A DNA stretch of 64,000 nucleotides from an uncultured Verrucomicrobiae bacterium (GCA_963801815.1 CAWDGJ010000006.1:52283-116282); one strand, 5' to 3'. Shown: positions 18,140 through 27,090, counted from the stretch's first letter. Notes: generated by a model from the letters alone, not told the origin. Numbers and translations: made by a program.

Positions 18140-19345
18140 ATGTTCACTTCGCGCTACGTCAAACACAGCAAGCTATTGATGCGTCATGCCCAGAAATATC
18201 TGCGCTACAAACGTGATACCCTGGACTCGGCGAACTACGACGAAGTCGGCGGCATGATCAGGCGGCTGCATGCGGCGTTGAAACAGCGCGATCGAAAACA
18301 GATCGAAGCCTGCGCTGAAGAGCTCGATGCCAAACTGCACCAGCTGACACCGGTGACGTGGGAATCCCACTGGCGCGAGAACGTCGAAGTCATCCTCGTC
18401 GCCATCGTGGTCGCAGTCGGGATCCGTTCCTATTTTCTACAGCCGTTCAAAATTCCAACCGGCTCGATGCAGCCGACGCTTAACGGAATTATCGGACGCC
18501 CAATGGCTGCGCCGCCACCAAATATGTTGCGGCAAGTGGCGGAGTTCATCCTTCGCGGTCGAAATTACATCAACGTCGTCTCGCAGCAGGACGACCAGGT
18601 GCTGCAAATCGAGCAGAAGAAGTTTTTCTTTTTCTTCACCTGGTCGCGAATTATCTGCGAGCGTCAGCGTTTTCTGGTCTACTGTCCGCCGGATCAGCTC
18701 CGTGCGGATTTCAAAGTTGCCCCGGGCATTCAATATCGACGCGGCGAAGTGATTGCGCGCGGCGCGGTCGACACTGGTGACCAGGTTTTTGTCGACAAGT
18801 TCAGCTACAATTTCGTGAAGCCACATCGCGGTGACGTCATCGTTTTTCGGACGAAAAATATTCCCATGATTCCCGAAGATCCCGAGACGGGTGCTCCGTT
18901 TTACATTAAGCGATTGGCCGGATTGCCTGGCGACACACTGCGGATCCAGCCGCCGATGCTCTATGCGAACGATCAAGTCGCGCCAGGCTATGGATTCGGT
19001 CGGGTGATGAGCGCGAAGAATGGCTACCGCGGTTATTCCGATGGTCCACTCAACGTGAATATTTTAGAGCAACAGTTCCAGGAGGTTGTTCGAAACAAGG
19101 AGCGGGCGCTAAGAAGCGGATCGGATGCATCCCGGTTTCTGAAAGAGGAGCAGGATGTTCGCGCAAAGTTGGAATTTGCCGAGGGAAAGCGTCCGATCCC
19201 GCAAGGATCTTATTTCGCAATGGGCGACAACAGCTACAACAGCTTTGACAGCCGTTATTGGGGACCGGTGCCGGAAAAAAACCTCGTGGGGCGCGGACTG
19301 TTTGTTTATTGGCCATTCATTCCGCACTGGGGACTCATTCGTTGA
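18140..19345 (+). CDS. lepB: signal peptidase I
   Basis: GSMQPTL (catalytic Ser box), KRLAGLPGD (Lys box) and GDNSYNSFDSRYWG. Long N-terminal extension. Follows lepA, the classical arrangement. Confidence 0.9.
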   Translation: MFTSRYVKHSKLLMRHAQKYLRYKRDTLDSANYDEVGGMIRRLHAALKQRDRKQIEACAEELDAKLHQLTPVTWESHWRENVEVILVAIVVAVGIRSYFLQPFKIPTGSMQPTLNGIIGRPMAAPPPNMLRQVAEFILRGRNYINVVSQQDDQVLQIEQKKFFFFFTWSRIICERQRFLVYCPPDQLRADFKVAPGIQYRRGEVIARGAVDTGDQVFVDKFSYNFVKPHRGDVIVFRTKNIPMIPEDPETGAPFYIKRLAGLPGDTLRIQPPMLYANDQVAPGYGFGRVMSAKNGYRGYSDGPLNVNILEQQFQEVVRNKERALRSGSDASRFLKEEQDVRAKLEFAEGKRPIPQGSYFAMGDNSYNSFDSRYWGPVPEKNLVGRGLFVYWPFIPHWGLIR

Positions 19346-19363
19346 ATGAAAGGCGCCAATTTC

Positions 19364-19482
19364 AAAATCCCAAATCCCAAGCTCCAATCAAATCCCAAAG
19401 TTCGATTACCTAAAGCAACGCGATTGCTCCTTTGAAGTTTGATGATTGGAGTTTGCCTGGGGTTTGGTTATTGGGGTTTGGT
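19364..19482. repeat. imperfect long hairpin built from AAATCCC / GGGTTTGG words
   Basis: The left arm caaaatcccaaatcccaagctccaatcaaatcccaaag faces ctttgaagtttgatgattggagtttgcctggggtttggttattggggtttgg. The right arm overlaps the first codons of the next ORF. Confidence 0.6.
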
Positions 19483-20695
19483 GCTTTTGCTGCCGCCGGT
19501 ATTCGCGCTTGCTGAAATCGGACACGACCTGTCGCGATGGTATCCGCTCGTCGGCTTTTTAGGCGGCTATATCATCGTTCTACTTTTTAATCCTATTCGC
19601 CTCGCGTTACGCGACGGATTCCGGTGCATCCTTCGCTACAAACGGATTTGGGCTACCTTCGTCTTGCTCGGATTTGCCTATTCCGTTTTCCAGTTTTGGA
19701 CGTTCACTCCGCTTGGAAGCCTGGCCGAAGTGGATCTCACGCAGATCTTCTCACTTGCGAACTGGCATTGGCCGACGTTCCTGGAGATTTGGCAGGAAGC
19801 ACCGTTACCGGCATTGGAAGGTGTCGCTGGAATTTTCGATAACGCGACAACGACCTATCCGCTTTCGGCAATCGCGGCGGTCTTGATGTTACTGAACTGG
19901 CGCGGCTTGCACGGCGCGCTGGTGCGAGCGTTGCATAAGCGTTTTCGCGTTTTCGGTTATCTCCTCTATTTGATTTTGCTTTTCAGCGCGATCGCCGCCT
20001 TGCTCAAGCCGGTCATCTATTGGGCGCTGCCATTATGGGGCGGACTCCTGCCGGCGGCGGAGTTATTACAAACGTCCGCCGGCATCGACGCGTTGGCATT
20101 TATCTTTGAATATCTCTTCGGCGTTTACATTCAGGTTTATCTGATTGCGGTCTGCTTCGCCTGGATCCGTGGATTAAGTTTCGAAGAAGGAGAACTGTTT
20201 CGCTTTGCGATGCGGCGGTTCAGTTATGTTTTGGAATGGGCAGGCATTGTCGTCCTAATCAGCACGTTGATCGTGCGTTTGCCCCTGCTGCTCGCCTATT
20301 TCATGAACATTCCCGATGTGCTGGATTATCTTCCGATCGAACGTGTGGTCATGTGCGCCTTGATCATCGCTTTTAGCTCAGTCCAGATCTCGCTCGCATT
20401 GCATAATGAGACGCTGCGCGAAGCAATCCGCGCCCATCGCGATTTCATTAAGAATAATTTTGGTCGCTTCAGCTGGTTCCTCCTCATTTGCGGCATCCAC
20501 TTTTTCATTTTGACGGTGGCGGACGCGATCGTGCGCGGCGCCATTGCCGATCGCGTCGTTGCAATGATCATCTGGAAATCGCTATTTGTTTTTGGGCGCG
20601 GCTTTGTGACCGGCTGGTTGCTGGCTTCCTGGGTCTGCCTGTTCCGGCGCGGTGAAACCGGTCACGTCTATCAACAAACCTGGATTGAATATTAG
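19442..20695 (+). CDS. multi-pass membrane protein, unknown function
   Basis: About 417-aa ORF with 10 or more hydrophobic segments. I recognised no motif. Confidence 0.65.
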   Translation: MIGVCLGFGYWGLVLLLPPVFALAEIGHDLSRWYPLVGFLGGYIIVLLFNPIRLALRDGFRCILRYKRIWATFVLLGFAYSVFQFWTFTPLGSLAEVDLTQIFSLANWHWPTFLEIWQEAPLPALEGVAGIFDNATTTYPLSAIAAVLMLLNWRGLHGALVRALHKRFRVFGYLLYLILLFSAIAALLKPVIYWALPLWGGLLPAAELLQTSAGIDALAFIFEYLFGVYIQVYLIAVCFAWIRGLSFEEGELFRFAMRRFSYVLEWAGIVVLISTLIVRLPLLLAYFMNIPDVLDYLPIERVVMCALIIAFSSVQISLALHNETLREAIRAHRDFIKNNFGRFSWFLLICGIHFFILTVADAIVRGAIADRVVAMIIWKSLFVFGRGFVTGWLLASWVCLFRRGETGHVYQQTWIEY

Positions 20696-20714
20696 CTGGG
20701 GCGAATCTTAAATC

Positions 20715-21563
20715 GTGAACGCGACGAAAATTACTCAAGCGAGCAAATCCAACCTCGCACTCGCGTTCATTTCTCTCGGCCGCGAGCGCCGGCGCGACAT
20801 AACCATCTTTTATGCTTTTTGCCGGGTGATCGACGATATCGCCGACGACGTCGATCTCCCTGTTGAGGAAAAGAAGCGGCGCTTGATTGAATGGAGACAA
20901 TGGCTGCGCGGGACCGGCCCTGACGAGTCGTCGTTGGCCGCGGAAGTACGGGGTTTGATGAAGAAGTACTCGCTCGGTCCGGAGATGTTTGAGGAAATTA
21001 TCGCCGGCGTGGAAATGGATCTTGCCATCCAGCGTTATCAAACCTTCGACGAACTGCGGGTTTACTGTTATCGGGTGGCCAGCGCCGTAGGTTTGGTCAG
21101 CATCGAGATTTTCGGTTACCGCAATGTGGCGTGTAAGGAGTATGCCATTCAGCTCGGCCTCGCTTTGCAAACGACGAATATTATTCGCGACGTGGCAAAG
21201 GATTTGCGCGCCGGGCGTGTTTACCTGCCACTGGAGGATCTCACGCGCTTCAATTATTCTGAAAAGAACCTGCAAGATCGACAATATGACGATCGTTTTG
21301 TGCGCCTGATGCAATTTGAAGCGGACCGGGCCCGGCAGTTCTTCGCTGGCGCCTCCGGGATTTTACCGCCGGAAGACCGCCGCTCGATGGTCGCGGCCGA
21401 AATAATGGCGTCCATTTACCGCGGCTTGTTGCGGAGAATGGAGCTGGACAAATTTCGAGTATTTGAAAAAGAATACGCCCTGAACAAATTGGAAAAGGCC
21501 GGACGGATCACGGGGCAGCTACTCAAGCTTTTTTTAAATGAGCGGAATGCGCCATCCGTCTGA
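20715..21563 (+). CDS. squalene/phytoene synthase family protein (HpnD-like)
   Basis: YAFCRVIDDIADD (first Asp-rich motif) and NIIRDVAKDL (second motif). GTG start. Confidence 0.8.
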   Translation: MNATKITQASKSNLALAFISLGRERRRDITIFYAFCRVIDDIADDVDLPVEEKKRRLIEWRQWLRGTGPDESSLAAEVRGLMKKYSLGPEMFEEIIAGVEMDLAIQRYQTFDELRVYCYRVASAVGLVSIEIFGYRNVACKEYAIQLGLALQTTNIIRDVAKDLRAGRVYLPLEDLTRFNYSEKNLQDRQYDDRFVRLMQFEADRARQFFAGASGILPPEDRRSMVAAEIMASIYRGLLRRMELDKFRVFEKEYALNKLEKAGRITGQLLKLFLNERNAPSV

Positions 21564-21587
21564 GTCACCGAAACCGTAACTATTAAT

Positions 21588-21893
21588 ATGAAGAAATATT
21601 TAGCGCTCGTTTCAGCATTGTTGGTCACATCTTTAACGCTTGCCCCCCTCACTAAAGTCTACGCCCTGGGTGAGGCCGAGAAAGCCGTCGTAGTGTCGCC
21701 AGAAGACGCCGCGAAGAAATATCCGTTGCCAAAAGGGAAGGATTATCCAATGGGCAATTATGAGGCGTTTGCCAGTAGCACGGGTGGTTTTGTGCGAAGT
21801 CCGTATTCCAGCCGCGTCTACGACTGCCGAAAAGTTGGACACGGAGCGCTGATCCTGGATGAAGGCGCGAAGAAGCTTTTCCGCGCCCCGTAA
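21588..21893 (+). CDS. small secreted protein, shares a C-terminal motif with the next gene
   Basis: Signal peptide MKKYLALVSALLVTSLTLAP. The C-terminus is GGFVRSPYSSRVYDCRKV...KKLFRAP. Confidence 0.65.
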   Translation: MKKYLALVSALLVTSLTLAPLTKVYALGEAEKAVVVSPEDAAKKYPLPKGKDYPMGNYEAFASSTGGFVRSPYSSRVYDCRKVGHGALILDEGAKKLFRAP

Positions 21894-21976
21894 TCCTGCG
21901 GTAAGTCGTCAAAATTGTTGGTGCGGCGAAACATTATTTCGCTGGCACGGTTCAATGGGCTGACGAAGGAACATCT

Positions 21977-22366
21977 ATGAACAAGAAATTTTTCACCATT
22001 ATTTGCGGCGGAGCACTCGCTGCGTTCGCCCTTGATTCGTGCGATACGCCTACCGGCCAGGGGGCGGCGGCCGGCGCTGGCGCTGGCGCAATTATTGGTG
22101 GTTTGGCCGGTGGCGGCCCACGAAGCGCGGCCATCGGAGCGGCGATTGGCGCCGCCAGCGGCGCGCTGATTGGGCATGCCATTCAGGAAGACCGCGCGCG
22201 CCAGTACGGGCCGCCGCCTGAGGGTGGTTATCCGTATGCCAGACCGGCGAATGGACCGGGAATGTTCCGCAGTCCCTACACCGGACGCGTTTACGATTTA
22301 CGCGGCGTGCCCCCGGGTGGATTGACCCGCGACGTTGATACCGGGCAATTGTTCCGGCGACCGTAA
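21977..22366 (+). CDS. lipoprotein with glycine-zipper segment and the shared C-terminal motif
   Basis: Lipobox ALDSC and a Gly/Ala zipper GAGAGAIIGGLAGGG...IGAAIGAASGALIG. The C-terminus is GMFRSPYTGRVYDLRGV...GQLFRRP. Confidence 0.7.
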   Translation: MNKKFFTIICGGALAAFALDSCDTPTGQGAAAGAGAGAIIGGLAGGGPRSAAIGAAIGAASGALIGHAIQEDRARQYGPPPEGGYPYARPANGPGMFRSPYTGRVYDLRGVPPGGLTRDVDTGQLFRRP

Positions 22367-22387
22367 TTCGAAAATCGATTATCTAAT

Positions 22388-22429
22388 ACGCGTTGGTCCT
22401 GCGCTCGCGGGATCAACGCGTTTTCTTTT
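22388..22429 (+). terminator. rho-independent terminator
   Basis: acgcgttg...caacgcgt outer stem with a GC-rich interior, followed by ttttctttt. Confidence 0.7.
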
Positions 22430-22591
22430 GTCGATACTATGGCGAGTCCCGGTCACGGCCCGGGCTGAGTGTGGACGCCGGTGTGCTCTTTAGCATGGTT
22501 TAAATCGCAAAACAGCTTTTAGGCTTGCTCTCGCTGGGACTCGTCGCTAAAACGTTGCCGACGAAATGAATTCGGGAGAGCCGGTTCGGGC

Positions 22592-22783
22592 ATGAAGGCA
22601 CAAATCCCAAACATCAATGTAGTCCGGTCCGCTTGGCACCGAGTCAAGAAAGAGATAAAGGACGCCATAATTCGTGACCTGAAGCCAGTAAAAGACATCA
22701 AAGGTGGTGGCGCTACTGCGGGTAAATCCAAATCCACCACAGGCGGCACTGGCACCACAGGTACTCCTGGTAGCCACAAATAG
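22592..22783 (+). CDS. candidate small peptide with a GG-leader-like motif (DLKPVKDIKGGG) and Gly/Thr/Lys-rich tail
   Basis: 63-aa ORF in an otherwise empty 460-nt gap. GGGAGAG sits 12 nt upstream of the ATG. A/T-rich third positions are unlike the neighbouring genes. I cannot verify any homolog. Confidence 0.3.
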   Translation: MKAQIPNINVVRSAWHRVKKEIKDAIIRDLKPVKDIKGGGATAGKSKSTTGGTGTTGTPGSHK

Positions 22784-22830
22784 GGTTTACCAAATTCTTC
22801 AGCCGCTCGCCGCTGCGCGGCAAAGCATCG

Positions 22831-24342
22831 TCAGCCAATTTTCTTTTGCAGCTCATCGACCAGCGCCTTCGCTTCGTCGGTCATCTTGAGCAGTTCGGGC
22901 CATTGCCGGTGGTAATTTTCGCCCGGTAATTTTCGGGTTGCGTCAAAGCCCATGTGGGAACCGATGTTTTGCTCGGTCGGCGCGTGATCGAGCGAATCGC
23001 TTGGATTCCTGATAACGCTTGTGTCCCGAGCGGGATCGGTGTTGGCGCAAAGGCGAAAGAGAACTTCGCTGGTGTTATGGACATCGCAGTCCTCGTCCAC
23101 CACCACGATGTATTTGCTGAACATCATTTGCCCCATGCCCCACAAACCGTGCATCACCTTGAACGCTTGATACGGATACTGCTTCCGAATGCTCACGAAC
23201 ACGAGATTGTGAAACACCCCTTCCGCCGGCAGCGTCATGTCGACCAACTCGGGGAAATTCATTTTGAACACCGGAAGAAAAATCCGTACGCTGGCATCAC
23301 CCATGTAGAAATCTTCCATCGGTGGGATGCCGACGATTGTCGTCGGATAAACGGCCTCTTTGCGATGCGTGATCGCCGTGACGTGAAAAACCGGATAATC
23401 CTCGACCGCCGTATAGTAGCCGGTGTGATCGCCAAACGGTCCTTCGGGCCGCATCTCGCCGGGTTGCACGTACCCTTCCAAAACAAAATCGACGTCCGCC
23501 GGAACTTCGAGGTCAACTGTTTTGCATTTCACCATCTCGATTGATTTGCGCCGCAAAAATCCGGCGAAAAGAATTTCGTCCAGCCCATCCGGCAGCGGCG
23601 CGGTGGCCGCGAAGGAGAGCGCCGGGTCTCCGCCGAGGGTGGCCGCAACCGGCATTCGCTCATTGCGCTGGTAATAAACCTTCCCATGGCGCGCGCCCAC
23701 TTTGTGGACCTGCCAGTGCATCGCTGTTGTTCGCTCATCGAAAATCTGCATTCGATAACAACCGACGTTGCGCTCGCCGGTTTCGGGATCGCGAGTGTGC
23801 ACGTTCGGAAGGGTGATGAAACGCCCGCCGTCTTTGGGCCAGCACTTCAAAATCGGCATGTCGCGGAGCGACATTGCCGGAGTTGAGAGTTGGTCCGAGC
23901 CGGACTGGCGTTTGTTGAGAGTTGAGCCCTCGAGCATATGGACTATCTCCTGGCAAGCGGCGTCGCGAACGGTTTTCGGTCGCGCGTGCAGGAGGTGAAT
24001 TCCTTGTTTCAATAGCGCGAAACCCTCGCGCAGATCGGTCGGCGGTTTGGCTTTGAGGATCAGTTGAACTTCCTGCGCGATTTCGTCGACGCTTTCGCGG
24101 CCAAGCGCCATCGCCATCCGTTTGCGCGACCCCATGGTATTGATCGCGACCGGGAATTTGGAAACTTGTCCGTCGACGACGGGTTGCTCGAAGAGTAATG
24201 CCTTTCCGCCCCCAGGCGATTTCATCTCGCGGTCGGCCCATTCGCTAATAAGCAAGTCGGTATCGACCGGAACGGAGACGCGCTTCAGCTCGCCGGCTTT
24301 GTCGAGTGCGTCGAGAAATTCCAGAAATGAGCGGTAGGCCAT
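22831..24342 (-). CDS. UbiD-family (prenyl-FMN dependent) decarboxylase
   Basis: 503 aa with CWPKDGGRFITLP, GCYRMQ and GPFGDHTGYY motifs characteristic of the UbiD family. Confidence 0.9.
   Translation of the reverse strand: MAYRSFLEFLDALDKAGELKRVSVPVDTDLLISEWADREMKSPGGGKALLFEQPVVDGQVSKFPVAINTMGSRKRMAMALGRESVDEIAQEVQLILKAKPPTDLREGFALLKQGIHLLHARPKTVRDAACQEIVHMLEGSTLNKRQSGSDQLSTPAMSLRDMPILKCWPKDGGRFITLPNVHTRDPETGERNVGCYRMQIFDERTTAMHWQVHKVGARHGKVYYQRNERMPVAATLGGDPALSFAATAPLPDGLDEILFAGFLRRKSIEMVKCKTVDLEVPADVDFVLEGYVQPGEMRPEGPFGDHTGYYTAVEDYPVFHVTAITHRKEAVYPTTIVGIPPMEDFYMGDASVRIFLPVFKMNFPELVDMTLPAEGVFHNLVFVSIRKQYPYQAFKVMHGLWGMGQMMFSKYIVVVDEDCDVHNTSEVLFRLCANTDPARDTSVIRNPSDSLDHAPTEQNIGSHMGFDATRKLPGENYHRQWPELLKMTDEAKALVDELQKKIG
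23879..23933. repeat. GTTGAGAGTTGAG word repeat pair inside the UbiD-family CDS
   Basis: gagttgagagttgg-tccgagccggac-tggcgtttgttgagagttgagcc. The same word occurs at 29069-29128. Translated in frame as STLNKRQSGSDQLSTP. Confidence 0.7.
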
Positions 24343-24392
24343 CGCTCAAGTTTACACGTGTTCTCGGCTAAAGACGCGCCGAAAAGGAACTC

Positions 24393-24912
24393 TTACCGAT
24401 TAATGAAATATTGAAACGACATTACCCGTCCGTCGGAAAACGTGACCGTCTTGTACGGATAGTAGATCGTCGGCGGAATGTAAGAGTAGTAAAACGGGTC
24501 GTAGAAGGGATCGCCAAAGAACCGGAACCGGCCACCATGATGAAAACGGACAACTCCGACGCCGAATCCACCGTAACCCCACGGGCCCGGGCCGTAGCCG
24601 TAGCCATAAGGTTCGTAGCCGTAGCCGTAGCCGTAGGCGGTGGTGCCGGCGAGATAAATCCAGGTCTCGGTCTGGTGTCCGCGCATTTCGCCGGCCACTT
24701 TCTGCTCAGGCGAACCCCACGCCAGCCAGACTGCGTTCGTCGACATGCCCGAACGGACCTGTCCCTGACGCACCAATGCTTGATCGCGAGCTGACAGAGA
24801 ATTGAACATGTCGGGGTTTTCGGGAAATTCGATTCTCCAGCGTCTCGCAGCTCGTTAGGCAGAGTCCGACAGCAGCCAAACCTAACCACAACGTCTTGGA
24901 AATTGTCTTCAT
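24393..24912 (-). pseudogene. lipoprotein (SmpA/OmlA-like segment plus Tyr/Gly-rich region), frame-disrupted near 24825
   Basis: The signal/lipobox MKTISKTLWLGLAAVGLCLTSC is in one frame. ENPDMFNSLSARDQALVRQGQVRSGMSTNAVWLAWGSPE is in the next. An extra C in a C-run joins them. Confidence 0.65.
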
Positions 24913-24997
24913 AAAAAAGGATACAACCGGCGCACGGTCAGTCAATTGTCCCGGCTTGTTGATTGAACACGGCATCGCCGATAACGTTGCGATTGAA

Positions 24998-26044
24998 ATG
25001 GAAGATCGTTACGGCCATCGCATCTCCTATCTGCGCGTCTCGATTACGGACCGTTGCAATGAGCGCTGCAACTATTGCATGCCGCGCGAACTTCAGGAAT
25101 GGTTGCCGCGCGAGGAAATTCTCAGCTACGAGGAGACTCTGCGCCTCATTCGGATCGCGGCCGATCTCGGAGTCACCAAAATCCGCGTGACCGGTGGCGA
25201 ACCTCTGACTCGCCGTGACGTTGTCGATTTCATTCGTGAGATTCCAAAGATTCCAAAGATCTCGAGTCTCGGAATCTCCACGAACGGAACTTTGCTTGCG
25301 CACAAAGTGGATTGTAGCCCGCGGCCTGCGGGCGACGCGCGCGCTTCGCGCAGCAAAGCGGCTGCTACGATGGCAGCCGCGCTCCGCGAGGCCGGCGTCC
25401 AATCGGTGAACATCTCACTCGATACTTTGGATCCGCATCTTTACGCGCAAATCACAGGACGCGATTTTCACTCGCAAGTCTTGGAAGGCATCGATGCTGC
25501 GATTACGGCCGGATTCGATCAAATTAAACTGAACTCGGTGCTGATGCGTGGGCGAAACGACGATCAGCTTATTCCGCTCATTGAGTTTGCGGCGGAGCGC
25601 AATTTGATTCTGCGTTTCATCGAGTTGATGCCGGTGAGCACTACCGAGGTCTTGAACGACGAAAATTTTTTGCCAGTTGCCGAGGCCAAACGCGCGATCG
25701 AATCGCGTTACGGCCCGTTGATTCCCGAGCAGTCTTTTCGAACAAATGGTCCCGCGACGTATTACCAAATCCCGGGACGCAATCAGCGCGTCGGATTTAT
25801 CGGTGCGATGACGAACCTGCATTTTTGCGAGAGCTGCAACAAACTGCGACTCACCTGCGACGGAAAACTCCGTCCCTGTCTCGGCAGCTACCTCGAGTTC
25901 GACATCATGAAGCCACTTCGTGCTGGCGCGAGTGATGATGAGCTGCGGCAGTTCTTTAGTGACGTTGTCGATCGCAAGCCCGAGCAGCACGATTTTCGCA
26001 ACAATTATCAGCCGGACCGCAAGATGATCGCCATCGGCGGATGA
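24998..26044 (+). CDS. moaA: GTP 3',8-cyclase MoaA (radical SAM)
   Basis: CNERCNYC (CxxxCxxC), GGEPL, TNG and the C-terminal CxxC...C cluster. Start at MEDRYGHRISYLRVS. Confidence 0.9.
   Translation: MEDRYGHRISYLRVSITDRCNERCNYCMPRELQEWLPREEILSYEETLRLIRIAADLGVTKIRVTGGEPLTRRDVVDFIREIPKIPKISSLGISTNGTLLAHKVDCSPRPAGDARASRSKAAATMAAALREAGVQSVNISLDTLDPHLYAQITGRDFHSQVLEGIDAAITAGFDQIKLNSVLMRGRNDDQLIPLIEFAAERNLILRFIELMPVSTTEVLNDENFLPVAEAKRAIESRYGPLIPEQSFRTNGPATYYQIPGRNQRVGFIGAMTNLHFCESCNKLRLTCDGKLRPCLGSYLEFDIMKPLRAGASDDELRQFFSDVVDRKPEQHDFRNNYQPDRKMIAIGG
25312..25370. repeat. REPIN-like inverted pair of GTAG-hairpin units inside the moaA CDS
   Basis: ttGTAGcccgc-ggcct-gcgggc ... gcagc-aaagcg-gctgCTACga. 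Translated in frame as DCSPRPAGDARASRSKAAAT. Confidence 0.65.
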
Positions 26045-26050
26045 AGGAAA

Positions 26051-26075
26051 GTGACAAGTGGCGGGTGACAAGTGA
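26051..26075. repeat. GTGACAAGTG direct word repeat (moaA-moaC spacer)
   Basis: gtgacaagtg gcgg gtgacaagtga. Related GTGAC-core heptamers occur at 12790 and 51290. Confidence 0.6.
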
Positions 26076-26081
26076 GAGGCA

Positions 26082-26537
26082 ATGAAGCGACTAACTCATC
26101 TCGATGACGAGGGCAGGGCGCAAATGGTCGATGTATCGGCGAAGCCGATGAGTGCGCGGACTGCCATCGCCAAAGGCAAGATCAGACTTCAACGCAAGAC
26201 GCTTGATCTGATTTCGAAAGATCAAATCGCGAAAGGAAATGTGTTTGCAACCGCGCGTCTCGCCGGAATTCAGGCCGCCAAACAAACGGCGAACCTCATT
26301 CCGCTTTGTCACACGCTGCCACTGGGCGACGTGAAGATCGACATCATCGCCGCACGGGACTGCGCTGAGGTGACGTGCACGACGCGGACAATCGCCCAGA
26401 CCGGCGTCGAGATGGAGGCGCTAACCGGAGTCTCGCTCGCGTTGCTGACGATTTACGACATGTGCAAAGCCGTCGACAAAAAAATGAAGATCGCCGATGT
26501 GCGGCTAATTAAGAAGACGAAGACTCGGAATCGCTGA
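26082..26537 (+). CDS. moaC: cyclic pyranopterin monophosphate synthase MoaC
   Basis: 151 aa. LTHLDDEGRAQMVDVS, LIPLCH and a size typical of MoaC. Follows moaA. Confidence 0.9.
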   Translation: MKRLTHLDDEGRAQMVDVSAKPMSARTAIAKGKIRLQRKTLDLISKDQIAKGNVFATARLAGIQAAKQTANLIPLCHTLPLGDVKIDIIAARDCAEVTCTTRTIAQTGVEMEALTGVSLALLTIYDMCKAVDKKMKIADVRLIKKTKTRNR

Positions 26538-26607
26538 TGAAAATCAAGAACGCAGGAAATTTATGAATCTTTTCCTGTTTTCCTGTGTTCGTTAGGTATT
26601 TTTCGAT

Positions 26608-27090
26608 ATGCAGATCGTTGTTGGAATCATCACGGTTTCAGATCGCGCGAGTGCCGGTGATTATAAAGATCTCGGCGGGCCGGCGCTCAAGGAAGTTGCG
26701 CAGAAAAGCGGCTGGCAAGTTTTATGTGAGGCCGTGATTCCAGACGATGCCACACGAATCCAAGAAACAATCCGCTCGTTTTCAAAACAAGGCTGCGGAT
26801 TAATTCTGACGACAGGCGGAACGGGCATTGGCCCACGCGATGTTACTCCGGAAGCGGTTCGCGCGGTCATGCGGGTCGAGCTGCCAGGATTCGGCGAAGT
26901 AATGCGCGCGGAATCGATGAAAATCACGCCGAACGCGATTCTCTCTCGCAATCTCGCCGCAGTGGTCGACGATTCGCTGGTTATCGCGCTCCCCGGCAAG
27001 CCAAGCGGTGCAGTGGAATGTCTCGACTTTATCGCCGGTGCAATTCCGCATGGTGTCGCTGTTGCTCAGAAAAAACCAACTTCATGTTAG
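26608..27090 (+). CDS. moaB: molybdenum cofactor biosynthesis protein MoaB/MogA family
   Basis: 160 aa with the LILTTGGTGIGPRDVTPEA motif. Confidence 0.85.
   Translation: MQIVVGIITVSDRASAGDYKDLGGPALKEVAQKSGWQVLCEAVIPDDATRIQETIRSFSKQGCGLILTTGGTGIGPRDVTPEAVRAVMRVELPGFGEVMRAESMKITPNAILSRNLAAVVDDSLVIALPGKPSGAVECLDFIAGAIPHGVAVAQKKPTSC

Noticed and set aside
22441-22545. Long-range complementarity (gcgagtccc ... gggactcgt) upstream of the small-peptide ORF, as a possible structured leader or ncRNA.
   Set aside because: There is only one 8-9-bp pairing, and no supporting covariation or recognisable motif. This is insufficient to call an RNA.
24913-24997. Moco riboswitch upstream of moaA.
   Set aside because: The divergent spacer is only about 85 nt. 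It shows none of the conserved Moco-motif stems or loops that I can recognise. It is too short for the roughly 130-150-nt element.
25241-25258. A 9-nt direct duplication (attccaaag x2, IPKIPK) in moaA as another repeat insertion.
   Set aside because: The segment length between conserved MoaA motifs equals that of E. coli MoaA here, so there is no evidence of inserted sequence.
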